Assembly (NCBI RefSeq): GCF_006345805.1
Contig: NC_043010.1
Location: 47,554,001 to 47,618,000 of the forward strand
DNA from: Octopus sinensis
Lineage: Eukaryota
Length of the DNA stretch: 64,000 nt
Direction of reading: 5' to 3'
In this document: positions 11,632-23,720 of the stretch, piece after piece
How positions within the stretch are numbered: position 1 is the stretch's first letter
Layout of the letters: the number at the start of each line of letters is the position of its first letter
The notes under the pieces: generated by a model
The model's input: the letters and a program-made list of their open reading frames with translations, nothing else
Told to the model about the DNA's origin: nothing
Database searches by the model: none
Made by a program: the position numbers and the translations under genes

Positions 11632-13450
11632 TTTTCCTTTTATTCTTTATCACCCACAGGGGGCTAAACATAGAGGAGATATATATGTGTGTGTGTGTGT
11701 GTATGTATGTATATATATATATATATATGAGACTGACATGCATATATATGTACATGTGTGTGTATGTGTGTTTGTTAGTGTAGGTTAGTTTATGTCCTTG
11801 TAAATTGTTTGGCAAAAGATACCAAAAGTATAAGTAGCAGATTTCTAAAACAAAACAAAAAAGTCCTGGAGTCGATTTGTTTCAACTACAAGTCTTCAAA
11901 GCAGTGCCCCAGCATGGCCACAGTCGAAGTAACAGATGAAAGATAACCGAAATCTAAAGTGGTGAAACTGGTCATTTTACCCCCCCCCCCATAATATTTT
12001 CCTGCTTTATGCTTGAACAACTAAATTTTTTTTTAAGTAAAAAAAAAACAATAAGAATTGGAATATATTCAGTGTTGAGATTTCCAAGGTCGTATCAAGC
12101 GATGACAGCCGAGCAGCCATGAGACAGAAGGAGAGAAGAAAAAAAGCCAATTGTACAGCATACAAGCCATGCAGTGTGTTAAGATTCCGTTGTTTGTTTG
12201 TATTTAGGATACTATCAAACGTATAGGATTTCCAAATTTTGAGTCACAGCAAAGGAGAATGAAAACTGGTTTGTTTGTTTGTTTGTTTCTTTCTTTCTTT
12301 CTCCCCCCCCCTCTCTGAGGAAAACCCCATCCTTGAAAGTCAATACTCCTTGCCTTCCCCGAGAAGTGCTCATGACCTTACGAGTTCTTGAGTACTGAAG
12401 ACTATTGCTATTTACTCAAAAGGCAGAGGGTGGCGAGCTGGCAGAATCGTTAGCGAGTCGGACAAATTGCTTAGCGGCATTTCTTCCGTTCTGAGTTCAA
12501 ATTCCACCGAGGTCAATTTTGCCTTTCATCCTCGATAAATGAGCACCAGTCGAACCTTGGGATCGACTTAATCGACTAGCCCCGTCCCCCAAATTACAGG
12601 CCTTGAGCCTATAATAGAAGGGAAAAAATTTACTCGATGGGCATCATTGAAATACCATTGGGGCCTGGAGAAGTGCAGTTTTAAGGCATTGATACACAAG
12701 GCAGTTGTCCGGAAACAACATAGATGCCCATTGCTAATCTATAGACCCTTGTAATGCTGTTAAAAGGGACATGTCTGGCGATATTTTAATAGACAACTGC
12801 TGATCATATTGACCTGACGCTCTTAATTTTAACGAAAAATAAGTAATAAGTTGCATTGACCCAAGCATAGTTCTACTCCAGATCTCTTTAAATTATGTCT
12901 TTTAAATTTCCAGTTCCAGAGCTATTTAGATGTTGTGTGGCTACCAATAAGACAATAACATCATCAACTCACAAACATGTCATTATAAAGCAAGAAAATA
13001 CAGATGCGTGTCGCTTACATCCCATATATGTGTGTTTAATACATCATGGTACAAAGGCGGGGAGCAGACAGAATCGTTAGCGCACCGGACAAAATGCTTA
13101 GCGGTAGTTCGTCCGTCATTACGTTCTAAGTTCAAATTCCGTCGAGGTCGACTTTGCCTTTCATCCCTTCGAGGTCGATTAAATAAGTACCAGTTGAATA
13201 CTGGGGTCGATGTAATTGACTTATCCCCTCTCCTAAAATTTGAAACCAGTATATTATGGTATAAAGAAGTTTATGAACAAGGAGAAAACGAATACTCAAT
13301 ACATGTAGAGTTTTAGCCTATTTATTGTAAATTGAAAATTTTGCTAATCGTTACTTTTCACGTTTCCCATACTGCCCCCGCCTTTTTTTCACGTACATAA
13401 ATTTTCCTAAAAAGCTACGCTTGAATGTCTGAGTCAGTATTGCACTTCAG

Positions 13451-13563
13451 ATGAGAGTTCGATATACTTATCACTACGTCCTTTTGTGTCTGCTAAGTCC
13501 AGACACCCAGTTCTCAAATACCGTAGACCAAATTATAAATAGGCGATGTGAAATGAAGAATCA
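13451..13563 (+). CDS. Candidate first coding exon (signal-peptide-like MRVRYTYHYVLLCLLSPDTQFS...), unconfirmed
   Basis: ttgcacttcag|ATG, 37 open codons, CA|gtaagc donor. The hydrophobic core is short and the link to downstream exons is not shown. Confidence 0.25.
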
Positions 13564-14224
13564 GTAAGCCTTTAACTGATTTCAAATCTTCTTTCTGAGT
13601 ACGACATGGAGGGAGAAACCCTGACTTGTTTTTCCGTAGATGAAACTATACTCGATTTCAGTGAATTACAGAACGCAAGATTTCAGTGAATTATAGAACT
13701 CAAGGATATGCGCACTACCCATTCTCCTAAGAATAACAAATAAAGATGTACACTAGACATTCCAGGGAAGTGGACACTGGTAAAAACAAACAAACAAACA
13801 AACAAAGAACTATTTACATTGTTCTCTGTCGTTACTCACACGATTTGGAAATGCTATACTTTTGATCTTGGCCTAAAATACAAGCAAACAACGGATTCTT
13901 TCCAACACTGCATGGCTTATATGCTGCACGATTGACTTTTTTTTATCCCGTCTCTCCTTCTACCTCATGGCCACCTCCACCTTCTGTCAGCACTTGATAC
14001 GACCAAGGAAACAGTTTTCATTCACCGTTTATTGAACCGCAGTCGTCAAACCTTAGTCATTGTCATTCAATATGCTGGTCTCATACACATACATATTCAA
14101 CCACACACACACATCGACGCACATCCACATCTACTCTCACATTTGCGGGCATTTACAAATATGCGTAAAAGAAGGGGGAAAAAAGCATTCCCCACTTCTC
14201 GCTTTACACACACACACACACACA

Positions 14225-14272
<48 letters not shown>

Positions 14273-14637
14273 GTACGCACGCACATTCATGTATGGTTGT
14301 GTGGTAAGAAGTTAGCCTGCTAACCACATGGTTTTCGGTTCAATTCCATTACGTGGCACCTTGGGTAAGTGTCTTCTACTATAGCCTCGGACCGACCTAA
14401 TCCTTATGAGTGGATTTGGTAGTCGGAAACTGAAAGAAGCCCATCATACCATCAGTCTTAGAGGTAAGTCACTAGAGAATGAACTCGCAGATCAAGACAT
14501 TGCTGGTGAAGGTGGAATAAATTAATGGGTCCAGAATAATTCTCGCATGATGATGCGATAAAGTAACACAAAAACAAAAGTTTAAAAAATCACAAAAGAT
14601 AACGGGTTTCGATTTTTATCGAATAAGAGAACTGATG

Positions 14638-14876
14638 AACATTATTTACATTCGACATATATTTGTCCTCATCTTGTTTGTTGTTAACACAACGTTTCGG
14701 CTGATATACCCTCCAGGCTTCTTCAGGTGTCTTGGGGAAATTTCGAACCTGGGTTCTCATTCCTAAGGTATTTTTCGATGTTATTATTATCATTATTGTT
14801 CAGGTCAGTACTTGGAATCGAACTCGGAATCTTGGGATTAGTAGCCCGCGCTCTTAACCACTACGCCATATGCCCG
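14638..14876 (-). mobile_element. tRNA-headed SINE (family D) with a PLE-type hammerhead in its 3' body
   Basis: Head has A box TGGCGTAGTGG and B box GTTCGATTCC, followed by a (TAA)n linker and a body containing the HHR. Confidence 0.75.
14686..14731 (-). ncRNA. Minimal type I hammerhead ribozyme in SINE family D
   Basis: GACAC-CTGAAGA-A-GCCTG(gagggtatat)CAGCC-GAAAC-GTT-GTGTT. Stem I GACAC/GTGTT, loopless palindromic stem III ACGT, one mismatch in stem II. Confidence 0.65.
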
Positions 14877-14979
14877 TATAACTGATGAGTTAAAAATTGC
14901 TTTAAAGACGCCATTTTTTGCCGTATTTTTGTAGATGGAAAGTTGCTTCTACCACCTTTCCCTCTTGTTACGTCACTGT

Positions 14980-15037
<58 letters not shown>

Positions 15038-17419
15038 GTTACACTCTTTCACACACAAATATGCCCACACTGACGGACACAGTCTGGTTCGATTCTGTCT
15101 TTTCTCTCCCTCTATCCTTTCTTCCCTCTTTCTCTTCCGGTTTCCTCTTCCATTCGTCTTTTAATGTATTTATTTTCATTTCTTGTGACGTGTGGTGAGA
15201 AGAGTTGGGCCCTTCTTCCTCTGTCGTCTGTCATCGACATTTTTAATCTGTCACTACTTTGAAGGGATGTCATGTAACTAATAGCAAGAGTGAGAGAAAT
15301 AACAACAAGACCAGCAGCTGTATACCTTACTTTCTTCAAATTTTCTCACCCTGACTTCCTTCCAACTCTTTTCCCATCGCAACATAGCATTACTTAATCA
15401 GTCCCTTCCAATTTTTCTCTTTCTTTTCTTCTTCCTATAAAAGTATGTTGATAATAAAATAATAAGATTGTACCCTTCCGAATTGAACATAACATAACCG
15501 TACCCTATCGCTGTCTTGTGACTAACTTCCGCCGTTCATTATTACCCCAAGCTCCCTCTTATTTTTTCCTTTTAACTTGCTGTACATTATCACTAGTTAC
15601 TAACTCATTTGTAAATCAAATCAACGAGAGGACCTCTATGTGGTCGTCCGATCCACTAAAAATATCAGCCGAATTTCCTTCAAAACACACTCTACAATAG
15701 TGTTTCTTATGGGATAGGAAGGAGCTGTGAAGAGTGGAAAGAAGCGGTCAAATTTCCTTTTAACATTCAAACCAGCCATATTCGTCCCTAAAATATTCTA
15801 TCTTTTCATATTAAAATCGGTTAGATCCGTCTTTTCACACATACTCTACAATGCCATTCTAAAAAATAAACAATCACATCATCAAAATTTCAAAGCTACA
15901 AGATAATGCAGGATTAATTCAAAGCAATGTGAATAAATAAACATTACATTTGGCAATCTAAAGAGTTTAATGAAATTAAATTATGTACTGTGTACTTTCA
16001 GCTTTCTAAACTTGTCTAGCAGTGTGTGGAACAAATAAAAAATACATGGAAATGCAAACCCTGTTTTGCTTTCTCATTAGTAAAAGTGGGGGCAGAATTT
16101 TACTAATATGGGGTGAAGCCTGGTTTTTGTCAGGGAACTGACGGTCATAACGTAACACACTAACGTCTTAAAATCAGTGGTCTCAACTGTCACAGCCCTT
16201 AATTATAAATGTGAAATCACAAGGACAGATCAAATTCGTTTCGATGTAATTATTCCTTTGCTGATTTTACTTTTTAAAAGTTGTCAAGGATTTATAAATC
16301 AAAATAAAATATTCTTCAGAATGTTTTGACTGTATGCTGTCAATTCAGACAGTGCAGAGCTCCATAGTTTATGATTAAACTCATCTTGCGTATCGGAGAT
16401 ATTATTTATACGAAATCTATTATGTCCTTTTTGTTATTGGCGTGTTGGGTTGAACGATGACGCAACACAATCGGTGCAAAACCAGGCTAAATGTAAATAA
16501 AACAAGAAATGATAGATATAACAGGCGCAGGCATGGTTGTGTGGTAAGAAGCTTGTTTCCCAATCACATGGTTCAGAGTTCAGTCTCACTACGTGGCACT
16601 TTAGTCGGTAAATATGAAAAATCTTTTCCAACGACAATTTTTTAATTTGTCGTTGGGAAAGATTCTTTTACTTTCGTTCTACCTTCGTCTGTGACCATCA
16701 TAAAAATGCGAATGTCTTTGAAATGGTTAGTTTGCCCTAATTTTTATTGTGTTTTTCGTAATCTACACGCCCATTTTACCCTTGAAAACTGCTTTAAAAA
16801 AAAAATTGGGAAAGATTTTTCTACCATAGTCTCAAGCCAACCAAAACCTTGTTAATGGATTTGGTAGACGGAAACTGAAAGATCATATGTACACTTACAT
16901 CTCCGTAACTTCGCAGTTCAGCAAAAAAGAACCGATAGAATAAGTACCAAGTTTTAACAGAAAATAGGCAGTGGGGTCGATCCGTTCGACTAAAATTCTT
17001 GAAGGCGGTGCTCCTGCCTGGTCACAGTTTAATGACTGAAACAATTAAAAGAAAAATGAATAATCTATGTTTTGTTTAATAAAGAGAATAATTTATATGA
17101 AGAGCAACTAAAAGACAAAATGACTGAAATTCTTCATTCATTGGAAGGTGATGTTTTCTAGTCAACCAAGCCTGGATTCCGGAGTAGTTTACTGGCGCCA
17201 TTGTAACAGTTTTATCATTTATCCCTTTTACTTGTTTCAGTCATCGGACTACGGTCCATGCTCTTCCCTGAAGGGTTTAGTCTTGTGTTTTTCAATAATT
17301 TTTTTTTTATCTATTGACCCCTTTGATTCCATTTTTTTTAGTGGACCTTCATAGCCATTAGTTGTTTAAAAAATTCTGGGTACTTTTTGGTTCTCACCCC
17401 CATTAAAAACACAGACACA

Positions 17420-17468
<49 letters not shown>

Positions 17469-17789
17469 ACACACACACGTATATATACGACGGGCTTCTT
17501 TCAGTTTCCGTCTACCAAATCCACTCACAAGGCTTTGGTCGGCCCGAGGCTATAGCAGAAGACACTTGCCAAAGGTGCGACGTGGTTAGTAAGCAAGCTA
17601 CTTACTACACAGCCACTCCTGCGACTATACTTTTTTTTTGCGGATCGTGTCGTTCGCGAAAAGTGACTCAACAGATCTTAGTGTGGTAGCTGCTCTACTA
17701 AGTACGTCACTCCAAACGGCAAGTCGAGTCGAATGCAAGCGATCCTTCATACCTAATGTGACGAAAAAAAAAAAGCATCTAATTAATTA

Positions 17790-18200
17790 ACCCTTTCTAT
17801 TATAGGCACAAGGCCTGAATTTTGTGGAGAGGGGAACAGTCGATTACATTGACTCCAGTGTTTCACTGGTACTTAATTTATCGAACCCAGGAGAATGAAA
17901 GGCAAAGTCAACCACGGCGGAATTTGAACTGGGAACGTTGCGGCAGACGAAATACCTATTTCTTTACTACCCACAAATACCTATTTCTTTACTACCCACA
18001 GAGAGGACAAACAAGGACATACAAACGGATTAAGTCGATTATATCGACCCCTGTGCATAACTGGTACTTATTTAATCTACCTCGAAAAGATGAAAGACAA
18101 AGTCGACCTCGGCGGAATTTGAACTCAGAACGTAGCGGCAGACGAAATACTGCTAAGCATTTCGCCCGGCGTGCTAACGTTTCTGCCAGCTTGCCACCTT
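17790..18200 (-). mobile_element. CORE-type SINE family A, tandem
   Basis: Two consecutive reverse-complement units of the family A body. Confidence 0.8.
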
Positions 18201-18422
18201 AAATTTAATGATTTAATAATACTTATCCGATAAGGAGAAGAAAACATTAGTTCATTCATTAATCCTATTGCTTTATCTGATTTTGAGCCGTTGTAGAGTA
18301 TTTTGACATCGGTGACTGAAACATTTTTCTTTTTATATTATTATTATTATTATTATTATTAAAAATACTATCATTTCTAAGTCTCTCTAAATGAGACTAC
18401 GGCAGCGGTACTGGATATTAAC

Positions 18423-18653
18423 AGTTATCGTCAAACTAAGCATGGCAGTCCATAAATAAAGGGCAAATACCCTGAAACTTGTCTGCTGATGCCTGACCAG
18501 CAAGGGGAAGCGGCTGACCTCCCCTGTTCGAAGGTTATGATGGACACAGGTTCGTGTGTCATATAGCTAGCTAGAGGCGATAGCCTCTTGGAGCTAATCA
18601 ACGACAGCTTTCGTCCCATATTTATGGACTGCCATACTAGCTTGGCGATAACT
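18423..18653. other. Short element with 35-bp terminal inverted repeats enclosing several hairpins
   Basis: AGTTATCGTCAAACTAAGCATGGCAGTCCATAAATA pairs with 18619-18653. Internal stems TGCTG/CAGCA, AGGGGA/TCCCCT, GACACA/TGTGTC, AGAGGC/GCCTCT. Confidence 0.65.
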
Positions 18654-18661
18654 ATTATTAC

Positions 18662-18714
<53 letters not shown>

Positions 18715-19558
18715 CGACTCCCTAGTAGTCCCTCTCTAATCTGTAGCACCAGCGAGGGGTTTACCGCGGAAAGTTTTGAACTTTTCTGTTACGAGTGTGT
18801 AAGAAAAGAAAGCAAGGCGGCGATCTGGCAGATTTGTTACTGCGCTGGAAAAAAATGCTTAGCGGCATATCTTCCGACTTTACGCCCTGAGTTTAAACGC
18901 CGCCAAGCGTTGACTTTTCCTTTCATCCTTTCGGAGTCGATAAAATAAGCACCACTTGGGCACTGCGGTCGAAATTGCTGGCCTTGTGCCAAAATTTGAA
19001 ACCAATATTATATCATTACTTCTCTAAAAGGAACTGAAGTTGTAGAAATGGTTGGGTGCTGGACTAGATTCCTTGCTACCTTCATTTGCGATATTCATTT
19101 GATACCATCGTTAACTCATCCATGAGATTCTAAACACAGATATTGTCCACACGTAGCCTAACAATTTCACGCTTTTCTTGTCCTGTTTTCGTGAACAGAG
19201 TCATCGAAAACGTCTATCAATGAAATCGTGACAACTCTAGCGCTGGCGTGTTTAACTTTTTTGAAACTTGATAACTACTATTTATTAATTATTATTATTA
19301 TTATTATTATTCTATGTTTGACTTTTGCTTTATATTTATACAAGTTGGCTCCAAGTCTCACCCAGAGACCTCAAGAGACAACAGGGTTGGAAGTTCATGT
19401 TGTTGTTATGCTTAGTGTGCCATATATTTGGGGGTGGGGGTGTTGTACTAATGAATGTCTAAAAAAAAAAGGTTTTTTTTTTTTTTTAAACCGAAAATTA
19501 TGTTTGTTTTAAACCTTGAGATTACATAGAAAGTATTTTGCGTAGGATATGAGCAGGA

Positions 19559-19601
<43 letters not shown>

Positions 19602-19628
19602 TGCAAGCTGATTGACAGCCGCTATATA

Positions 19629-19850
19629 CGAGGGTGTGCTGAAAAGTTCCTAGCGTTAAGGACTCGCGAAAGGCCTGGTTTGGATTAGAGGGCTCTCTTT
19701 CGGATTTCTTTTACAGGACTTAAAGAAACTGAACGACCGTTGCAATATGTATGTGAATCTGAGAGGGGGATATGTTGAATAAAATCATAATTAATTGATC
19801 TTGCTGTATTTTCTTTTACTCAAAGCCAGAAACTTTCCTGCACACCCTCG
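19629..19850 (+). mobile_element. mariner-derived MITE
   Basis: TIRs CGAGGGTGTGCTGAAAAGTTCC / GAAACTTTCCTGCACACCCTCG, TA TSD, internal remnant of the transposase C-terminus. Confidence 0.85.
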
Positions 19851-20029
19851 TAAATGTGCATGTGTGTGTGTGTGTGTACACGCACACACTGTCCACTCAA
19901 CTGTAAATGAATAATCACGTGACTGATTAGGGAAATGCCGAACCAGCAGGTGGCATCATTCGAAAGCTGCATCAATATGAGGTAGCGAATCGTGTCTAAC
20001 AGTGTATAACAACATCCGATTGTCTAGAC

Positions 20030-20228
20030 TAGTGCTTTTCAAACTTTTTACTGGAGCGGAAGCCCAAGGAAACATTCCACTGGCTCGAGGAACCCGTGCA
20101 ATAATTTAGTTGTCTTATGCACACATATCTGCACAGGAGAATTAAAAATTACTGCCGATTTTAGCAGTTTTGTAACTTCTTGCGGAACCCCTGGACTGTA
20201 CTGGCGGAACCCTGGTTGAAAACCACTG
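20030..20228. mobile_element. hAT-Charlie-type MITE
   Basis: TIR TAGTGCTTTTCAAAC / GTTGAAAACCACTG, 8-bp TSD GTCTAGAC / GTCTACAC. Confidence 0.8.
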
Positions 20229-20235
20229 GTCTACA

Positions 20236-20273
<38 letters not shown>

Positions 20274-20560
20274 ATCAAAACAGTTTGATTCAAATTCCGT
20301 GGTACATACTGTAGTTTCCCCGGCACAATCCGCCGGGTCCAGTCTTCACATGTATATGTAGACAAGCCGTAGCTGACCGAGGATTAGAGAACCCTCGGCT
20401 ACCCTCGCCATGGTTTAGTCAGCCTGTAGAAGCCGTTGCCCGAGGTGTGACCGCTACTGCATGCAGACAGCTTCGAGGAGCGACAGGCGAGAGCTGGGTG
20501 TCAGGTGAGAACCAACGCGGACAAACTACCTCGGAGAGCACCACATGTTCCCCGTTAGAG

Positions 20561-20598
<38 letters not shown>

Positions 20599-21244
20599 AC
20601 TACAAATGCGACACGCAATTACGTAACCAAAGATCGTGCTCAGTAGTAGATTCCACACTCCACTCCAATATCTAGTGTAATACGAAACGGGGCATCGACC
20701 TTGTGTTGAATACGAGCCTAAGAATAATAATAATAATAGATGCAGTACTTGACACTGGTTCTCATGGCTTCTGATCTTAAGTGATTGGCAGTGTTATCAT
20801 GTACATGTTTTGTCTTCGTATAAAAATAGGCTACAGCAAATGTTTTGCTCAATACCACAGATTTGCTTGTTAGTTGTTTGACTGTAACCAGTTGAGCATG
20901 TCCCTTAGTGATTGACGATATGTGCATCTATGATCACGAGCAGAAGTAGTGGGGAGCATCATAGCCATGTGTTGAGAGGAATTTTTGGGAGTTTGAATAA
21001 TTCACCTCTGGAAACATGGGTGTTTCGTTCAACATCCTTAAACAAGTCTTGTTCAAGGACCTTTTGAGCGGGATGGGCTACTCGACCTGAGGAAAAATTC
21101 TAACTGGCCCCCACTTCAAGGTCATATGCTGTTTATCACCGTTTTGCGCAACGGTTTTTTAAAAATACTTAATAGCGTTCTGTTTATCATTTATGCAGTC
21201 ATCAAAATTGTTATAATGTCTTGTTGTTGAGATAGGTTCTCTTT

Positions 21245-21328
21245 CTTTCCCGATGAGAAGATTGCATTATTTTACACCGTTTATTCCTTTGGATTAAAAC
21301 CAATGTTTTCTTCGAAATATGTCGAAAG
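21245..21328 (+). ncRNA. Degenerate hammerhead ribozyme (core CCGATGA, 2-nt loss in stem III)
   Basis: CTTTC-CCGATGA-GAAGA...TCTTC-GAAATAT-GTC-GAAAG. Lies in a ~200-bp diverged direct repeat, 21170-21370 / 22080-22300. Confidence 0.6.
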
Positions 21329-21451
21329 TAAAAGAATTTGAATAGCATCTGCGTTCAACTCCATCTATTTACTTATACTACACAAATTACTGCACATTAA
21401 CCCGGAGTTTCTACCTTTAAATAGGTCGCTACATCCTTGTTACTTGCGTGA

Positions 21452-21525
21452 ATTTTGCTACCCTGGTAACTGTTTATTGAATTCTCCATGTTAACGGCAA
21501 ACAAAGGATAATTCATTCATCCATT

Positions 21526-21556
<31 letters not shown>

Positions 21557-21596
21557 GTGTGTGTGTGCGTGCGTGTGTGTGTGCGTGTGTGCGTGC

Positions 21597-21632
<36 letters not shown>

Positions 21633-21680
21633 TTTTCCCTTAACACAAAAAAAAAGATAAATAGTTACCAGGGTAGTAAA
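21452..21680. mobile_element. MITE-like element with 24-bp TIR enclosing a (TG)n microsatellite
   Basis: TTTGCTACCCTGGTAACTGTTTAT vs ATAAATAGTTACCAGGGTAGTAAA (22/24 match as RC). Confidence 0.55.
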
Positions 21681-22176
21681 AAATAGGTGTATAGAAGGGT
21701 AAGGGATAATTTAGAATGGTTGATTCTCTCAATCTCGATACCTTATGACAAACGTAAGGAATTCTGTCTTCTCTGTAATTCTGAACTATTTTTCATTATT
21801 TTTTCTAAAAATCCCCTAGTAAACAAGGTTATAGAGCGTGCATACCGATGTAAACATTGGCAAAAACACACCTTTAGTTCATATAAATAATCTCTATCAT
21901 TATATGTAATTTAAACATTAATTTTCTTTTTATATTTAACATTCACTAAAAAGTATAAATATGTTCCTAGTTTATATGGTTTTATTTAATATACATATAG
22001 TCATATACTTCTCATTTATTTAACTTTTCCTTAATTTATCCCTCCTCTTTCTATAGGCTACCTCTGACGTTATATCATATAACGTTTTTTCAAACAATAA
22101 TAATAGCGTTCAGTTAATCACTATACATATCCATCATTTTCTGTTAAAATGTCTTGTTGACGAGTTTCATTTCTTC

Positions 22177-22265
22177 ACTTCCCTGAAGAGAAGATTACAT
22201 TGTTTTACACAATTTTATTCATTTGGAATAATATCAGTGATATCTTCGAAACATATGTCGGAAGT
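22177..22265 (+). ncRNA. Intact minimal type I hammerhead ribozyme
   Basis: ACTTCC-CTGAAGA-GAAGAT...ATCTTC-GAAAC-ATAT-GTC-GGAAGT. 6-bp stem I, canonical G-C first pair of stem II, palindromic ACATATGT stem III, GUC triplet. Confidence 0.85.
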
Positions 22266-22678
22266 AAAAGTATTTGAATTACACCTGGGTTAAACTCCAT
22301 TTATATATATATATATAACGGGCTTCCACTGGTCGGTTCTGGTATATAGTAGAAGATACTTGCCCATGGTATAGGGCAATGGGACTGAACCTCAAACCAC
22401 GTGGTTGTAAAGTGAGCTTCCTAACCACATCAATCAATGGAAGCTAGGAAAAGCAAAGCTTAACGCCATGGAGATTTGATTTCAGAATACAGAGAAATGA
22501 AAGTAAAATATTTATAAGATGCTTATTCTGACATACTACCCTCTTTACCAATTCGATGTTATGATGAACAGTGCACAAATAGTTTTAGATTTCTACGGAA
22601 TATATAAGTGATGAAACAAAAGGGCCTTTCAACTAGTAAAAGAGTACGTGAAAGGGAAAATGCAAATCTCTTGTTTAG

Positions 22679-22729
22679 GCTATGAATTCCAAAATGGGTT
22701 CTACTGCACCCATCATGCCAAGAGGTGCG
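22679..22729 (+). CDS. Candidate small exon (phase 1 to 1): (G)YEFQNGFYCTHHAKRC(D), unconfirmed
   Basis: ctcttgtttag acceptor, weak donor G|gtgtga. Joining it to 35289 gives ...KRCDDCDPF. Confidence 0.28.
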
Positions 22730-23379
22730 GTGTGAAAATTAAAAGAAACGTAATAATTTATATAAATGAATAAATAAATACATTCCTATGGTGCGTGTAG
22801 GCGTTAGCTTTATTGTTACTTCCATCGACGTTCTTGTGCTATTCAATTCTAGAGTTATTGTTTGAACTACTCTTTTTGCTAATGCCTATAGAGTAAAGCT
22901 GAACACTAGTGCCCCGAAAATATTTGGAGGTTATTAATGTAGTCACTATCTTGAACCTGAAGACAGAGGTTTCCAACCACTTGTCTGGTTGATTAATTAT
23001 ATACCGAAGACAGCGAGGGAGCTAGCAGAATCGTTAGTACGTGAGAAAAAAAATGCTTATCGGCGTTTCGTCCGTCTCTACGTTCTGAGTTCAAATTCCG
23101 CCAAGATTGGCGTCACCTTCATCCTTTCAGAGTCGTTAAAATAAGACCCAGCTGAGCACTGGGGTCGATGTAATCGATTTAGCCCCTTCCCCCGAACTTA
23201 CTGGTTTTGTGCCAAAATTTGAAACCAATATTCACTTCGTATGGTTTATTAGGAGAAATGTCGCCTATGACATTTAAACGCTTCAAGAGGCTAGTGAAGT
23301 CTGTGAGGTTTATATTCAGATTCCACGTTCGTTAGTATATGTCTTTGGTGGGAAGGGAATTCTAGCAGGTTTACACTAC

Positions 23380-23720
23380 GGAGTGAAGTGATTAGGAACA
23401 GTGATTAATCAGGCGTCTAGATGGTGAGACACAACAGGAAATGATGAGAGGGTGCAAAATGAATGTGTTTCGGATAGGCTTGGATGAGTATTGTTCGCAA
23501 ATATCTAGAGTATAGAGGCTGTAAAATAAGCAGAGTATGTTTGCCTGTGTATGGGGAAGAAAATGCAATATATCTTTGGTTCAAAGATTATAGTGTGTTG
23601 ATGAGTAAATCTTTGCTAGTTAGTCGGATCACCTTTTGTATGCGGGCTAGGATGTTTGTGTATGTATACCAGTTGTGAGAGCTGTGCTCTATTGTGGGAC
23701 TCACTGAGCTTTATTGAGAA
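23380..23720 (-). mobile_element. Probable CR1/L2 LINE RT C-terminal remnant
   Basis: Degenerate KAQ.VP...ILARIQKVIRL...SLNQR pattern with stops. Confidence 0.4.

Noticed and set aside
13640-13780. Apparent exon with a good acceptor (ttttccgtag) and donor
   Set aside because: All three frames hit stops, with or without the internal 25-nt duplication.
14805-14876. Possible functional tRNA gene (similar heads at 60870-60940 and 62622-62700)
   Set aside because: A and B boxes are present but the acceptor stem does not close, and each continues into a repeat body. These are SINE heads.
15112-15339. Minus-strand ORF resembling a type II membrane protein N-terminus (MKKVRYTAAGLVVISLTLAISY...)
   Set aside because: It starts at TTG, not ATG, has no convincing splice donor and no partner exons on that strand.
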